A DNA stretch of 63,242 nucleotides, the filler included, from Octopus bimaculoides (taxonomy: Eukaryota): assembly GCF_001194135.2 (NCBI RefSeq). It is 6 parts of 6 records of this genome, joined end to end, with 100 filler letters (N's around TTAATTAATTAA, not from the genome) between each part and the next. Parts side by side here need not be neighbours in the genome. Positions count along the whole stretch, not along the records: positions 1 to 30,716 come from NC_068983.1; 5 more parts are not named here. One strand, 5' to 3'. The notes beneath the pieces are model-generated. The model did no database searches. It saw only the letters and a list, made by a program, of their open reading frames with translations, and had not been told where the DNA came from. Both the position numbers and the translations under genes were made by a program. Below, piece after piece: positions 1-13,699 of the stretch; position 1 is the stretch's first letter; each line of letters opens with the position of its first letter.

Positions 1-837
1 TACATATTAACTCACATGCGCTCATGTATATATCTTTCATACATGAACGGCTTTCTCTTCTATGCCTTGGACTCGGTGTTTATGTAGTTTAGTGCGTGGT
101 TGCAAAATGACATTAACAGAAAATGTGTATTTGTCTATTATATAGAAGAAAAAAACAGAAAATAAAATCGAAAATAGAGAAGGAAAGCATGGAAGAAAAT
201 GTTTCTAAAAAGAATAGAAGAGAAGATTTTAAACTAGAGTAAAAATAATTTGCGATGCAAATTATCGTTTTAAACAAAATAATGGCTAAAAAGTAAAAAC
301 CAAAAAGTAATAAATAATATATAAAATATAAAAAAAATCTCTTTACTAATATCTGTGTCGTTTCTTAGGTTTATTAACGCTGAATGCTTATATACTCCTA
401 GCAAATAAACGTGTCTATTCATTTGAGCACCAAATTAAAGTCAATACACTCATTGCTGTTCGGAAATAACGACCAATTTAATATTCGCTTGCTTTTCAGT
501 TTCTTTTTTTGTAAATTTTGTTTTATAGCCACAGTGTTTTTTTTTTTGTCTTTCTTTTTAAAAGAATTATAATGTATAGGTGTGAATGCTTTTAGTATAA
601 GACAAATGGCATTACCAGCAATTATATGTTATCAGTCACGCCTACTTTTAATGTGAAGATAAAACACATTAGTGAAAATATATTTTCAGTTTAGTTGTTA
701 GACAAACATACATATCTACATTTAGGCACACGCTTACACATACAAGGATAAATATGCACGCACACAGACATGTACATAAGCATACACAAACACTCGTGTA
801 TATAGTATATGAATGTAGATATATATATATATGTATG

Positions 838-867
<30 letters not shown>

Positions 868-868
<1 letters not shown>

Positions 869-1064
869 TCTTTTGTACGTTTCAGCCCTAAAGCCGTGGC
901 CATACTGCAGCATCTTCTTGAAGGGTTTCCTAGAACAAACAGCCCCTCTGCTTGTTTTTTATAGGTTGGCACTTACTCTAACGATCTCCTTTTGCTCAAC
1001 CGCTAAATGACGAGAACAAACGAACCAACACTGGTTGTCAAGTGCTGTTGGTGGGTAAACACAA

Positions 1065-1145
<81 letters not shown>

Positions 1146-1238
1146 CGAAGGCTCTTATCCGTCCAGGGCTATAGCAGAAGACACTGAACACGGAACCATG
1201 TATCTGAGAATCAAACTACTTACCGCGCAGCCATCTCT
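868..1238 (-). mobile_element. Degenerate SINE family A (tRNA head + CORE-like segment + internal microsatellite + 3' domain)
   Basis: Shares diagnostic blocks (ggctatagcagaagacact, gaaccatgt, actggttgtcaag, gccatactgcagca) with the cleaner copy at 27525-27905; internal (CA)n at about 1074-1141. Confidence 0.6.
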
Positions 1239-1280
1239 TTGCCCACCACTACGCCCGTGCCAACCTTTGTAACTATGCTT

Positions 1281-1331
<51 letters not shown>

Positions 1332-1369
1332 GTGAGTGTAAATATATATATATGTATTTATATACATGC

Positions 1370-1401
<32 letters not shown>

Positions 1402-1643
1402 ATGCATCTATGCCTGTAAATTATATATACATATATCATATATAAAAACATAGGCGACACTCACAAGTTACCATGACTTGGAAGTAAGTGACATGCTTTC
1501 GCTAACTGTTCTAGGTGTCTGTGTAGTTATGAGCTGACTTCCCGGCGATCTATCGATTCTGCCAGCTCACCGCCTTACACACATATGTAATATTAACGTT
1601 ATATTATATATTATCTCTATGTATTATTATTCCTCACTAGTGC

Positions 1644-1915
1644 GGATGCATGGCCTAGTGGTTAAGATGTTGCACTCACGATCGCGAGATCGTGGTTTCA
1701 ATCCCTACACCGAGTGGTGTGTTGTGTTCTTAAGCAAAACACTTCATTTCGACACCTGACGCGTGATACACCGTGCTTCTGTTCAGACAACGTCGAGTTG
1801 ATGGAGGAAGTGAGCTAAAGAGCAGCACATACATTTGATCACTATAAACAAATCATTTGTGCAGGTCGTTCGGCAAAATGCTGAACACTCATACGTCGTC
1901 TTCAATGGGAGAATC
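1644..1915 (+). mobile_element. tRNA-derived SINE (family D)
   Basis: A-box tggcctagtggttaag and B-box ggtttcaatccc, then gttgtgttcttaagcaaaacacttcattt shared with other SINE heads in the window; body differs from the other families. Confidence 0.7.
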
Positions 1916-2199
1916 CATCATATTATTATTTTATTACAATGTGTGTGTGTGTGTGTGTGTGTGTACCCGCGTGCGTATGCGTGTAGCCCTAAGCCATGCA
2001 TAATACAGGAAAGCTATAGTGGACAGTTCCACTTTCCAGCTTAAACTGTGTCTCTCTCCGGATGAGAATCATACTGCACATTATGACATGCAATGATGAA
2101 TCTTATATTTTGCAGTGTTGGAGATTGATCATACTGAATGAATTTTCTTGGGTGTCCAGTTTATTTCTATATGCAATATAGGTATCTGTGATGTCTGCA

Positions 2200-2913
2200 G
2201 CGAGGGCGAGCACCGTAAATTTTTGAAGAAACTATCGAAAAAGGCAAATTTGATGTACAAATTCTATCTGCCATAAACTATAGACACTGCAATAAATAAT
2301 TTATACAAAGAGCTAAGATACCAGCTAACACGCTGAAAAAATTATCACTGTCTTGTGGAACAGAAGAGTAAATTTTTGATATCGTATTAGCGGTTAAATT
2401 ATACTAGCATGATGATGAACTCTTGTTGAGGACTCAATGTTTGCAACATTCTGTCTGACCCAATAGAAAAAATAGTGCCAACAGATATACGGTGTGTGTT
2501 AAACACACTGAAAGACATTAAAAAATTAAAAGAAGACGATCAATGTATTTGCCCTCTAAAATTTAACATCCAGAACATCAGAAATATAGTGGGTAGTCAT
2601 GCAATGACTGTATCTAGACAAATCTATCAGTCAGAAAATAATATTCCCTTGACAGCAGAAACAATAACTGCAAATACAGAAGGACAACGAATTTTCACTA
2701 ATAAGTGGTAGTGGTAAAATTTCTACTTTGGGAAGTATATATGTCTTCTTCCTTAGTCGAAACACTAGGAAATGAAATCCACAAAATAAAATATACATTA
2801 ATTAAAAACAGATATTCTACGAAAACATAGCATGAAGAAACAGAATTGCAACGCAATAGATACATCAGATAACGCATCACACCACTATTAATAATACACG
2901 AACCACCCATAAA

Positions 2914-2944
<31 letters not shown>

Positions 2945-3330
2945 ATCATAGAACAGGTGAAGACATCAAAAATAAAAAAAAACATGAATGTAGAGCAATC
3001 ATGGCCGTCGTCGTCGTAGAAGAAAGTACCAAACGGCTGGATTTGTTTAAGGTGGACCTCAACTTTCCAGGAAGTAACCCACAATCTATTATTCCAAGCC
3101 ATTAGCTCTGTTATTTACAAAATAATTGAATAAAAATCTTTCTTCTGCATAGCAAAACTACACGCATATAAACCTAAAACAAATATGAATTATAAATTTG
3201 ATTGCAAATGTTTAAGCTATAAACTTCACGACCTTTATCTTCTCACTTAGCACTTAAAAAAGAGAAATTGCAAGACACTAGAGCACATAATACAAAACTA
3301 AGTAGAAAAAATATTAGTGATTAACATTTG
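2200..3330 (+). pseudogene. Possible heavily decayed L1/Tx1-like LINE ORF2 3' remnant
   Basis: Broken frames give R*KKLSL..IFDIVLAVKLY and FFCIAKLHAYK, loosely like the W..LSL.G...KL.Y and IAK.HIYK motifs of L1/Tx1 ORF2. Many stops; by-eye only. Confidence 0.3.
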
Positions 3331-3784
3331 TACTCTCCATAATTCTCAACAAGAATAGACGATCAATGATACTTATAACAATCCAATACTAAATTAAACA
3401 CACAAACATATACTTGTCACAGACAAAAAATAAACAGTTAATGACATAAATCTCACGCTCAAAATACAAATTTCGCTGTTAATGTGCTCCTCTTTATGAT
3501 AATTATTTCACCGTGTCATTATTCTATGTTCAGTGCAACTATTTAGTGCCATATGACTACGTTCTGAGATGATGCTTAACGCCAGGCACTGATTTGCAAG
3601 CTCTAGAACAAATACGGCTGACAAAACCATGATAAATACGCCATCTCTTCAGTTATCCGGCCATTGAAAATTCCTGTCTATATTCCTGTTTATATATATA
3701 AACAGTGTACATATAAACACATAAAAGGTATCCGTCGTAAGATACCATTATTAGGTATAAACTTCGAAGGGAATAAAAAATAAA

Positions 3785-4114
3785 AACATTTAGGAGCACT
3801 CCGCCAGTTACGACGACGAGGGTCCCAGCTGATACACTCAATTGAACAGCCTGCTCGTGAAATTAACGTGCAAGTGGTTGGCTATTCCACAGATACGTGT
3901 ACCCTTAACGTAGTTCTCAGGGAATTTCAGCGTGACACAGAATATGACAAGGCAGGCCCTTTGAAATACAGGTACTACTCATTTTTGCCAGCTGATTGGA
4001 TTGGAGCAACGTGAAATAAAATGTCTTGCTCAAGGACACAATGCGCCGCCGGGAATTGAACTCATGACCTCATAATCGTGACCCGAATGCCCTAACCACT
4101 AAGCCACGCGCCTT
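3785..4114 (-). mobile_element. tRNA-derived SINE family B
   Basis: Minus strand has tggcttagtggttagggcattcgg (A box) and gagttcaattccc (B box); body cttgtcatattctgtgtcacgctgaaattccctgagaactacgttaagggtacacgt...cacttgcacgttaatttcacgagcaggctgttc matches 15320-15650 and 56130-56403. Confidence 0.8.
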
Positions 4115-5074
4115 TACCATATATATATATGGTTAGGGCATTCGGGTCACGATTATGAGGTCATGAGTTCAATTCCCGGCGACGCATTGTGTCCTTGAGC
4201 AAGNNNNNNNNNNNNNNNNNNNNNNNNNNNNNNNNNNNNNNNNNNNNNNNNNNNNNNNNNNNNNNNNNNNNNNNNNNNNNNNNNNNNNNNNNNNNNNNNN
4301 NNNNNNNNNNNNNNNNNNNNNNNNNNNNNNNNNNNNNNNNNNNNNNNNNNNNNNNNNNNNNNNNNNNNNNNNNNNNNNNNNNNNNNNNNNNNNNNNNNNN
4401 NNNNNNNNNNNNNNNNNNNNNNNNNNNNNNNNNNNNNNNNNNNNNNNNNNNNNNNNNNNNNNNNNNNNNNNNNNNNNNNNNNNNNNNNNNNNNNNTTCCG
4501 ATCTTATATATATACAGACATACACACACACACACACACACATATATACTTTCTTCTACTATTAGCATTGCACCAATATACCAATTTTTCGTCTTCCGTC
4601 AATGTAGTGATAAAAGAGACGAATATTCCGTCTCTGTTATCTCTACACTGACACAATATTGCATTGAACATATATTCACCTTACATCACTGAACACTTAG
4701 AGCATACTTGTAGTTCTTACGAAATGACACAATACAGTTTTCTCATCTCTTCCAAACACATTGTCCATTAAGCTAATTTCTCGAAACCGCTTTTGACTTT
4801 TGCATTTTGCTTAACGAATCTATATTTATTCATTTTGCCGTTTTGGTTATTTCCTGTAATTTTGTCTTATTTCATACGATGAAATGTTTCTACAAACTCG
4901 CTTGACAGACAATGTGCTACATTGAAACGAAGGCGTGAAACTACAGCAATAAAAATAATTGATAACTATGATGATGAACTAGTGACTCATATTACAATTG
5001 CACCTCACGTATTTAGTTTTGTATGGATACTTCCTCACTTAGTCTTTGAAACCTGTTCTCTAAAGAGTGCCAAC

Positions 5075-5118
<44 letters not shown>

Positions 5119-5222
5119 NNNNNNNNNNNNNNNNNNNNNNNNNNNNNNNNNNNNNNNNNNNNNNNNNNNNNNNNNNNNNNNNNNNNNNNNNNNNNNNNNN
5201 NNNNNNNNNNNNNNNNNNNNNN

Positions 5223-5253
<31 letters not shown>

Positions 5254-5831
5254 GCTCGTCCTTCGCCTCTCACCGTTACTACTACTATCTCTCTCCCTCT
5301 CTACCTCTTGTTGCTCACTTTTATTCTACTTCCTCCCCTTCTTTTCCCTCTGCTACTCTTTCTATGTACACAGCGCTAGTCACGTGTGTCCGGCTGCTAT
5401 TTCTTTTCGTTCTTGGACTCCCCAAGCTCGCACGTACTTCTTTGCCCCTCCTGTTCGTGCTTCACAGCGTTCAATACATACACACTTCACGTCTGGCTGT
5501 ACAGCCTTTTTGCTTGTTTGCCTATTCACCGTTTCGTTTTCCTGTCTTGTTTTCCGTCCGCCACTACCCGCCACGAAAATAATTCAATTTGTGTTCGTGG
5601 GAAGAACCATTTCAACGATGCGTACTGCCTTAATTCTTCGAAACACTGGTGTTTTAATGGTGGCAGCTGATGAAGGGGATGTTTCTATGTGACTTGCTTG
5701 TTTGTTGTACCTTGTTTATAATTTTGTCCATGTTCTTTTGCCACGTCATGTACCCAGTTATGTATACTATATGTACATGTGGATGAAGGTATGTACATAC
5801 ATGTACATATATATGCATATACTCATATATT

Positions 5832-5875
<44 letters not shown>

Positions 5876-5898
5876 TGTGTATGTTTGTATGTATGCAT

Positions 5899-5908
5899 AT
5901 AGATAGAT

Positions 5909-5970
<62 letters not shown>

Positions 5971-5990
5971 ACAGACAGACAGACAGACAT

Positions 5991-6052
<62 letters not shown>

Positions 6053-6057
6053 TGATC

Positions 6058-6115
<58 letters not shown>

Positions 6116-6116
6116 T
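5899..6116. repeat. (GATA)n/(GACA)n compound microsatellite
   Basis: Directly visible tetranucleotide array. Confidence 0.95.
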
Positions 6117-6458
6117 AGACATACACACATAATATATGCATGAATATCAGTAATACAAATATTGTACATTTTCAACATATATACAAATATTAATACTAAT
6201 ATATTTGTATATGAATGTATGTATATACATACATGTATACATACACAAACTAGCTGACATCAATATCTTGTCTGTTTTCATCTTAGAGTATACAACAAAA
6301 GGACTACGAAAGGAGGCGTAAATATTCCCACCTAAAAGCTGTTATGAAAGTTCTTTAAATACTCTACCGAGTTAGACGTAGTACATTTGTGTTCTGCGCT
6401 TCCCACGAAACTCTAAGTAATGTGGTGCTCAGTCAACCTGTTGTTTAAATATATTGCT

Positions 6459-6560
6459 CCGGGTCCAGTACCACTGTCTGGCAAATTTGGCAAGCGTCGT
6501 CTGCTATATCCTCGGGCCTAGCGAAGCTTTGTGAGGGAGACAGGTACTGAATGAAGCCTG

Positions 6561-6635
<75 letters not shown>

Positions 6636-6828
6636 TGTGTGTGTATGTGTGTGTGTGTTTGTGTGTGTTGCGTTTACATCACCGTACCTTAGCAGTTCAA
6701 CAAAACAGAACGATAGAATAAGTACCAGCCTTTGAAAGCAGTACTACAGTCGATTCATTCGACAAAAAAATTTTTGCAGGGTGATGCCCCAGCATGGGCG
6801 TAATCTAATGACTGAAACACGTAAAGAG
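6459..6828 (+). mobile_element. SINE family A copy with internal (TG)n
   Basis: ggcaagcgtcgtctgctatatcctcgggcc...gaagcctgtcg-(TG)n-ccgtaccttagcagttc...gatagaataagtacc...taatgactgaaacacgtaaag is colinear with the reverse complement of 27525-27905. Confidence 0.7.
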
Positions 6829-6829
6829 C

Positions 6830-7992
6830 ATCACGACATGATACTCTGCAATTTTAATTCCCGGCATATCAAAACCAAACCAGCCAATCTTGCTCCACGG
6901 CACTCATTTGACAACATAAACTTCTACAAAGTGGACTGAGGAGCAATCAGAAAGGATCTGTCGTTCATCGATTGGTCTTTCACTCTCAGCTCCACTCACA
7001 TTGAGACCGCATGGCAACACTTTGAGAACATCGTCACCTATGCATGCTCAAAACACGCTCCTACGAAATCTACTAACACGAACAGAAGCCGGCTCCCTAA
7101 AAAGAAAAAAAGCACTCCTCAGGGGCATCAAAAGACTCAATAAAAAAATCAACCAATTGAAATACTCCCACATACAACATCCACATTGAACAACAATGAA
7201 AAGGCTGGAGTTGGAAAAACTTCATCTGCAGACCGACATGAAAACCTTCATTGAAAATCAAAGAGCAGCGGAGGAACAGTGGGTGATCAAAAACATCAAA
7301 CACAACCCAACAGTATTTTATTCTTATGCAAATAAGAATAGAATCGCTGTCTCACCCATTGGACCATTAACCAATGATAACGGCATTCCCCAACACGATG
7401 CTAAAGAAATGGCAGAAATACTGCAGAAACAATATTGCTCTGTCTTTAGTGACTCCACTGATATCGACGTAAGGGAGGTGAACGAAGTTGATTCCCAATA
7501 TAAAAGCTCGGACATAACCTTCACTGCTTCAGACATCATAGCAGCAATAAATGAGGTCAAATACTATTCTGCTGTAGGCCCTGATAGATTCCCCGCAAGT
7601 CTCCTGAAGGAATGTAGACACCAACTTGCAGTCCCTCTGACTAACCCCTGGAGAAATTCTTTAGACTCAGATTATATACCGAAACAGCTCCTATCCCAGT
7701 CTGTCATCCCGGTTTTCAAACAGGGAAATAGATCCCTTGCAGTCAACTATCGCCCAATCTCACTCACCTCCCACATCATTTAAATGTTTGAAAGGGTGGT
7801 AAGATCAAGGATAGCTGACTTTCTGGAGACTCAAAAACTCCTAAATGCAAACCAGCATGGCTTTCGCTGTGGCAGAAACTATCTAACACAGCTCTAACAC
7901 CACATTGAAGATATATTTAAAGCCTTGGGAACAGGTTCGAACGCTGATGTCATATATCTTGACTTCAGTAAAACGTTCGACAGGGTTGATCC
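6830..7992 (+). mobile_element. CR1-like LINE ORF2 fragment (end of endonuclease, linker, N-terminal RT); frameshifts and stops
   Basis: Translation includes NPTVFYSYANK, SAVGPDRFPASLLKEC, VIPVFKQGNRSLAVNYRPISLTSHI, QHGFR and DVIYLDFSKTFDRVD, typical non-LTR RT motifs; ends abruptly at a (CA)n. Confidence 0.9.
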
Positions 7993-7994
7993 TA

Positions 7995-8025
<31 letters not shown>

Positions 8026-8357
8026 TATAAGTTATGTTANNNNNNNNNNNNNNNNNNNNNNNNNNNNNNNNNNNNNNNNNNNNNNNNNNNNNNNNNNNNN
8101 NNNNNNNNNNNNNNNNNNNNNNNNNNNNNNNNNNNNNNNNNNNNNNNNNNNNNNNNNNNNNNNNNNNNNNNNNNNNNNNNNNNNNNNNNNNNNNNNNNNN
8201 NNNNNNNNNNNNNNNNNNNNNNNNNNNNNNNNNNNNNNNNNNNNNNNNNNNNNNNNNNNNNNNNNNNNNNNNNNNNNNNNNNNNNNNNNNNNNNNNNNNN
8301 NNNNNNNNNNNNNNNNNNNNNNNNNNNNNNNNNNNNNNNNNNNNNNNNNNNNNNNNA

Positions 8358-8820
8358 TTCCTTGAAGAAATCTGTCTAGACTCCGTTTAAAGCTGATAGG
8401 ATCCTTTTCCTCTTTTATCTGTTTCGGGACAATGTTAAACAGAGCAGGGCCTGTTGAGGAAAAGAAATTATACCGCAATGTACCTATACGTTGTGATTCT
8501 GAATTGGGCAGGGGACGTATGGCTCGTGGTCCCAGCCTTGGATGAACCTTGAAACTAATGTTCAGGTCGTTTGGGCAATGCTGGCGGTATATTTTCCACA
8601 TCGTACAAATGATGTACCGCTCGCGGCGGCGCTGGAGAGAGTAGAGCTTCAAGGCTTTAAGACGGTTCCAGTAACCAAGATCAGTCATGCCTTCAATTCG
8701 TTTGATGAGTGCCCTCTGGGGTGATTCAATCCTCGAGATGTTTTGTTTTGTATGGGGAGACCACAAGGGGCAGCAGTATTCGAGGTGTGGCCATACAAAG
8801 GAGGAGAAAAGTGGAATGAT
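8358..8820 (-). mobile_element. CR1-like LINE ORF2 C-terminal fragment, opposite orientation to 6830-7992
   Basis: FVWPHLEYCCPLWSPH...RLKALKLYSLQRRRERYIICTMWKI...GPALFNIVP...FKRSLDRFL is the typical CR1-clade post-RT region. Confidence 0.88.
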
Positions 8821-9006
8821 GATATATATGAATTGGAATGAAGATATATATAAAGAGAGGGAGTGAGAGAGTCTTGTGTGAGAGAGAGTCATGAGTGAGA
8901 GAGAATCTTGTGAGTGGATTTGCCAGACGGAATTTGAAAGCACGTCACACACACACACATACACGTGTGTGTGTGTGTGTGTGAGCGTGTGTGTGTGTAC
9001 GTGCAT

Positions 9007-9178
9007 ACGACAAGCTTCTTTCTTTCAGTTTCTCTGTACCAAATCCACTCAAGTCTCCGAGTCAGTCCTGAGATATAGTGAAGGGCACTTGCCCAAGGTT
9101 CCACGTAGTGGGACTGAACCCAAGATCACATGATTGAGAAGCAAACTTTTTACCACATTGCCACACCTACGCCACGTA
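9007..9178 (-). mobile_element. SINE family A head and core fragment
   Basis: tctttcagtttctctgtaccaaatccactcaag...cacttgcccaaggttccacgtagtgggactgaaccc matches 27745-27905. Confidence 0.75.
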
Positions 9179-9320
9179 TACATTTACATTGTATATAATA
9201 CATACATTCATGATAGATACTGGCCATGACTGATTTCTTTTATTTCTGAATTTACAAATTTCGAATGTCATTGGCAGGGGAACAGTTGACGAACTGTTGA
9301 ATAAATTTTTTTTATTGTTT

Positions 9321-9595
9321 ATCCTTTAGTTGTTTTAGTCATAAAAGTGCGACCATACTGGAGCACCGTCATTAACAATTTTAGTCGAACGAATTGTCTC
9401 CAGTACTTATTTTCACCTTTTTTTAAAGCTTGGTACTTCTACCGGTCATTTTTGATGAACCGCTACTTTAAGTGCACCAACACCTGTTGTCAAGTCGTGG
9501 TACTGGTGAGGGGATAAGCACAAACAGAGAGACACACACAAGTATATGTGTGTGTGTGGGGGGAGTGTAAGTGTGTGAGTAAAACACACACACAC

Positions 9596-9647
<52 letters not shown>

Positions 9648-9692
9648 GAGGGGCTTATTTCAACTTCTGTTTCCCAAATCCCCTCAAATCAT
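9321..9692 (-). mobile_element. SINE family A 3' domain plus internal microsatellite
   Basis: gtcataaaagtgcgaccatactggagcaccg...agtacttatt...caacacctgttgtcaagtcgtgg matches 27525-27700. Confidence 0.65.
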
Positions 9693-10539
9693 AGGAAGGA
9701 ATAAGTAATAACTAGACTTTGTCAGGCACTTAACTATCTGTGTTGCGTTGCCATTCAATCCAACATTGTAAATGATAATGAAAATAAAGAAAAGGATACA
9801 AACACATGGTATAACGTGTTACTAAGCTACAGAATATTCTATTTCAGATAGATATCGTTTCAGTAAATTTATTACTATACTATAACTGTTTAACTGCTGC
9901 TGTAAAAATGATAGATACATACATTTATACTAACACACACAGTCATGCGCTCATGCGTGTGACACATACATGCATACATACATACATACATACATATATA
10001 CTATATGTATATATATATATATATATATATNNNNNNNNNNNNNNNNNNNNNNNNNNNNNNNNNNNNNNNNNNNNNNNNNNNNNNNNNNNNNNNNNNNNNN
10101 NNNNNNNNNNNNNNNNNNNNNNNNNNNNNNNNNNNNNNNNNNNNNNNNATATATGCATATATATACATGTATATATATACATATATGTGTATATACACAT
10201 ATATATATATATACGTATACATGTATATGCATATATATATAATATGTATATACATATACATATATACATATATATATACATATATACATATATATATACA
10301 TATATATATAGTCATATATATATGTATATATATATATACACACATATATATATATGTTTATATGGTATATATGTATGTATTTATATATAATATATGAATA
10401 TATGTTTGTATATATATGTATGCCTGTGTGTGTGAGTGTATAATGTATATATGTGTGTGTGTGTGTTTATAATGCGTATATGTGTATGTATATATGTATC
10501 TCTGTGCATGCAATATGTAAGCACATACATAGACACACG

Positions 10540-10580
<41 letters not shown>

Positions 10581-11080
10581 GTAAAACACAAAACATCATC
10601 CCAGATATAATGAAAGAAATAAAAGAAAACGCAATAAAAATATTAAGAACTACATAAATAAAAAGAGAAATGCTAATAAACCGCCACGATAAAGTCGACC
10701 AAGATATGGGTTAGCCATTTATTCTAGCTCGAACCTTCCATCTGTCAACCATACCGATTTGCTTACAGAAGTATCGCCAACTTTCGACGGAAACGCAACT
10801 AAGAAACGCTGGTAGGTTCACCACGTATATTTGTACTAGGGAGTAATAAAAATTTCCCTGTGTAAACTATACTAATTTTTGTCACATAATTTGTTTTTCT
10901 TCTTTTCATCCTCATCGTAAATCATTACAGAATTGTATTGCGGAGCATGTTCAATATGTTATTATTTATATTGTCTTTTTATTTTCAGGGAAGGGGTAAG
11001 TGCATTAAAGAAAACGTCATCAACATCGTTGTCGTCGTCATCTTCATCAACACCATCATCGAAATTATCATCAACATTAT

Positions 11081-11182
11081 TACGTTCTGAGTTCAAATTC
11101 CGCTGAGGTCGACTTTACTTTTCATCTTTTCGGGCTCGATAAATCAAGTACCATTTGAGTACTGGGGCCAATGTAATCGACT
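11081..11182 (+). mobile_element. SINE-like repeat family F fragment
   Basis: tacgttctgagttcaaattccgctgaggtcgactttacttttcatcttttcggg...aagtacca, also seen at 12527, 47330, 49281, 55060-55560 and 61205. Confidence 0.75.
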
Positions 11183-11227
11183 ATCATAATCGTCATCGTC
11201 ATCATCATCACTATGCTTATCACATTA

Positions 11228-11271
<44 letters not shown>

Positions 11272-11437
11272 GCTATCATTGAGTGAGAGAGCAGTGCATG
11301 CCATCAAAGTGACACTGGGGTAAAATATACGAAGCCCATTATGCCCATCATGACTACCCGCCTGATAAGGGTACACCAGGCACATGCATCACAACCATAT
11401 GTGCGTGACATGGTGATCTCATATCAAGATAAGCAGC
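11272..11437 (-). mobile_element. 3' end of a retroelement embedded in (TAA)n; probable Dong/R4-type or derived SINE
   Basis: On the minus strand ends ...ctctctcactcaatgatagc followed by an (AAT)n tail (11224-11271); the other side of the 783-N gap is also (ATT)n (12221-12271). Clade is inferred from the target repeat only. Confidence 0.45.
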
Positions 11438-12220
11438 NNNNNNNNNNNNNNNNNNNNNNNNNNNNNNNNNNNNNNNNNNNNNNNNNNNNNNNNNNNNNNN
11501 NNNNNNNNNNNNNNNNNNNNNNNNNNNNNNNNNNNNNNNNNNNNNNNNNNNNNNNNNNNNNNNNNNNNNNNNNNNNNNNNNNNNNNNNNNNNNNNNNNNN
11601 NNNNNNNNNNNNNNNNNNNNNNNNNNNNNNNNNNNNNNNNNNNNNNNNNNNNNNNNNNNNNNNNNNNNNNNNNNNNNNNNNNNNNNNNNNNNNNNNNNNN
11701 NNNNNNNNNNNNNNNNNNNNNNNNNNNNNNNNNNNNNNNNNNNNNNNNNNNNNNNNNNNNNNNNNNNNNNNNNNNNNNNNNNNNNNNNNNNNNNNNNNNN
11801 NNNNNNNNNNNNNNNNNNNNNNNNNNNNNNNNNNNNNNNNNNNNNNNNNNNNNNNNNNNNNNNNNNNNNNNNNNNNNNNNNNNNNNNNNNNNNNNNNNNN
11901 NNNNNNNNNNNNNNNNNNNNNNNNNNNNNNNNNNNNNNNNNNNNNNNNNNNNNNNNNNNNNNNNNNNNNNNNNNNNNNNNNNNNNNNNNNNNNNNNNNNN
12001 NNNNNNNNNNNNNNNNNNNNNNNNNNNNNNNNNNNNNNNNNNNNNNNNNNNNNNNNNNNNNNNNNNNNNNNNNNNNNNNNNNNNNNNNNNNNNNNNNNNN
12101 NNNNNNNNNNNNNNNNNNNNNNNNNNNNNNNNNNNNNNNNNNNNNNNNNNNNNNNNNNNNNNNNNNNNNNNNNNNNNNNNNNNNNNNNNNNNNNNNNNNN
12201 NNNNNNNNNNNNNNNNNNNN

Positions 12221-12306
<86 letters not shown>

Positions 12307-12526
12307 CAGCAGCAGCAAGGGTGGTGACTTTGCAGATGTAATGCTTTCTGTTATTAAGTTGCGTTACTTAAGTTGCATTGTGATTTCAAGTTCCACCGGT
12401 ATCAACTTTGTCTTTATATCTTACAGATTTAATAAAATAATATACCAGTCATGTACTGGAGCCTATACAATCGACTGATCCCTTTCCCTAAATTCGAGAC
12501 TTTTGTGAAAATAATATTATTCGAAA

Positions 12527-12658
12527 TGGCAGAATCGTTAGCGCGGCGGGCGGCAAAATGCTCAGCAGCATTTGGTCTGTCTTAACATTCCGAGTTCAAA
12601 TGCTGCCGAGGTCAACTTTGCCTTTCATTCTTTCGGGGTCGTGGAAATAAGTACCAAC
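12527..12658 (+). mobile_element. Repeat family F copy
   Basis: tggcagaatcgttagcgcggcggg...gagttcaaatgctgccgaggtcaactttgcctttcattctttcggggtcg...aagtacc. Confidence 0.75.
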
Positions 12659-13699
12659 ATCTTTGTAGAATCGTTAGCGTTCCCTTTACTATTTTAGTGG
12701 CATTCTGTAAGTAAGAGATATTTCCAAACACGCTAGATATTTTTCTATATAAATATGCTAGAAATTAATATACTACATTGGTTGCATTCAGGCGGTATAA
12801 TCGATGTGGTATCTTAGTTTCCTTGTCCAAGTACTAGTTGCCAAGATCAGAACATATCCTTAATTAAAAGATATTGGTGTATCTCAAGCAGTGTGGTTGC
12901 GGTCTAGTACAATGAGATAACAGGGTGACGCCGTAGAAGGATGGTGAGAGGGGGTGCTACGCTAAGAGAAGTAATTCTGAGCTAAGAAGAATGAACAGGT
13001 AGGAGGTGATACTTGACGAGTTAGCGATTTGATTGTAGTAAACTACAAAAATTTTATCAGGCAGTTGAGGCAAGGATGACAACATATACTAAAATTAAAA
13101 AAAAAAACTTCTAGTGTGAATCAAAGTGCAATACCAAATTCCATAAATAACAAGAAGACGTTTACAACATTTGGATATCTTTTTCTGAAAAGGCAAATCA
13201 TTAGAAGATCCAAAGAGAATATCTCTCTACATTTCATACGATTTGTTACAAAAAGCAATCATATGTCACTCTGTCTTAACATGTCAAGGTGACATTGGGT
13301 GTAGTGGTCCTCAATCCAAAGTGCTCGATAAAAGAACGCAGTGGTCAAATCTGAATCGCCATTTACTGTAAGCCTGCTCAGGCAGGGATGATTTGAGGCT
13401 CAAGCTAATGAGCGAAATATGGCGTTCGGGATTTTACAACTGGGAACTGACAATAGTTCACTTTCGTAAAATGATGAATTCAAACAGTTAGAATTCTACG
13501 CGTGAATATACATTATCTTCTATTTATTAACATCTTAACCAAGGGGATAACGGCAACGCTTACGACCCCTTTAAAAACAGCAAAGACTGTTGGTAGGAAG
13601 GAAGAAGTTAACCTCAGACTTGAATCTAAGCCCGAATGCTCGCAAGAGTGTATACTTTGCTTATGGTACCCTACACAAAATAATTGTTTATATGTATCA

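Noticed and set aside
4024-4203. Near-perfect 74-bp inverted repeat of a SINE head (4024-4098 vs 4130-4203, one mismatch)
   Set aside because: Ends exactly at a contig edge and duplicates adjacent sequence; most likely a chimeric read or gap-fill artefact. Long reads would be needed to rescue it.
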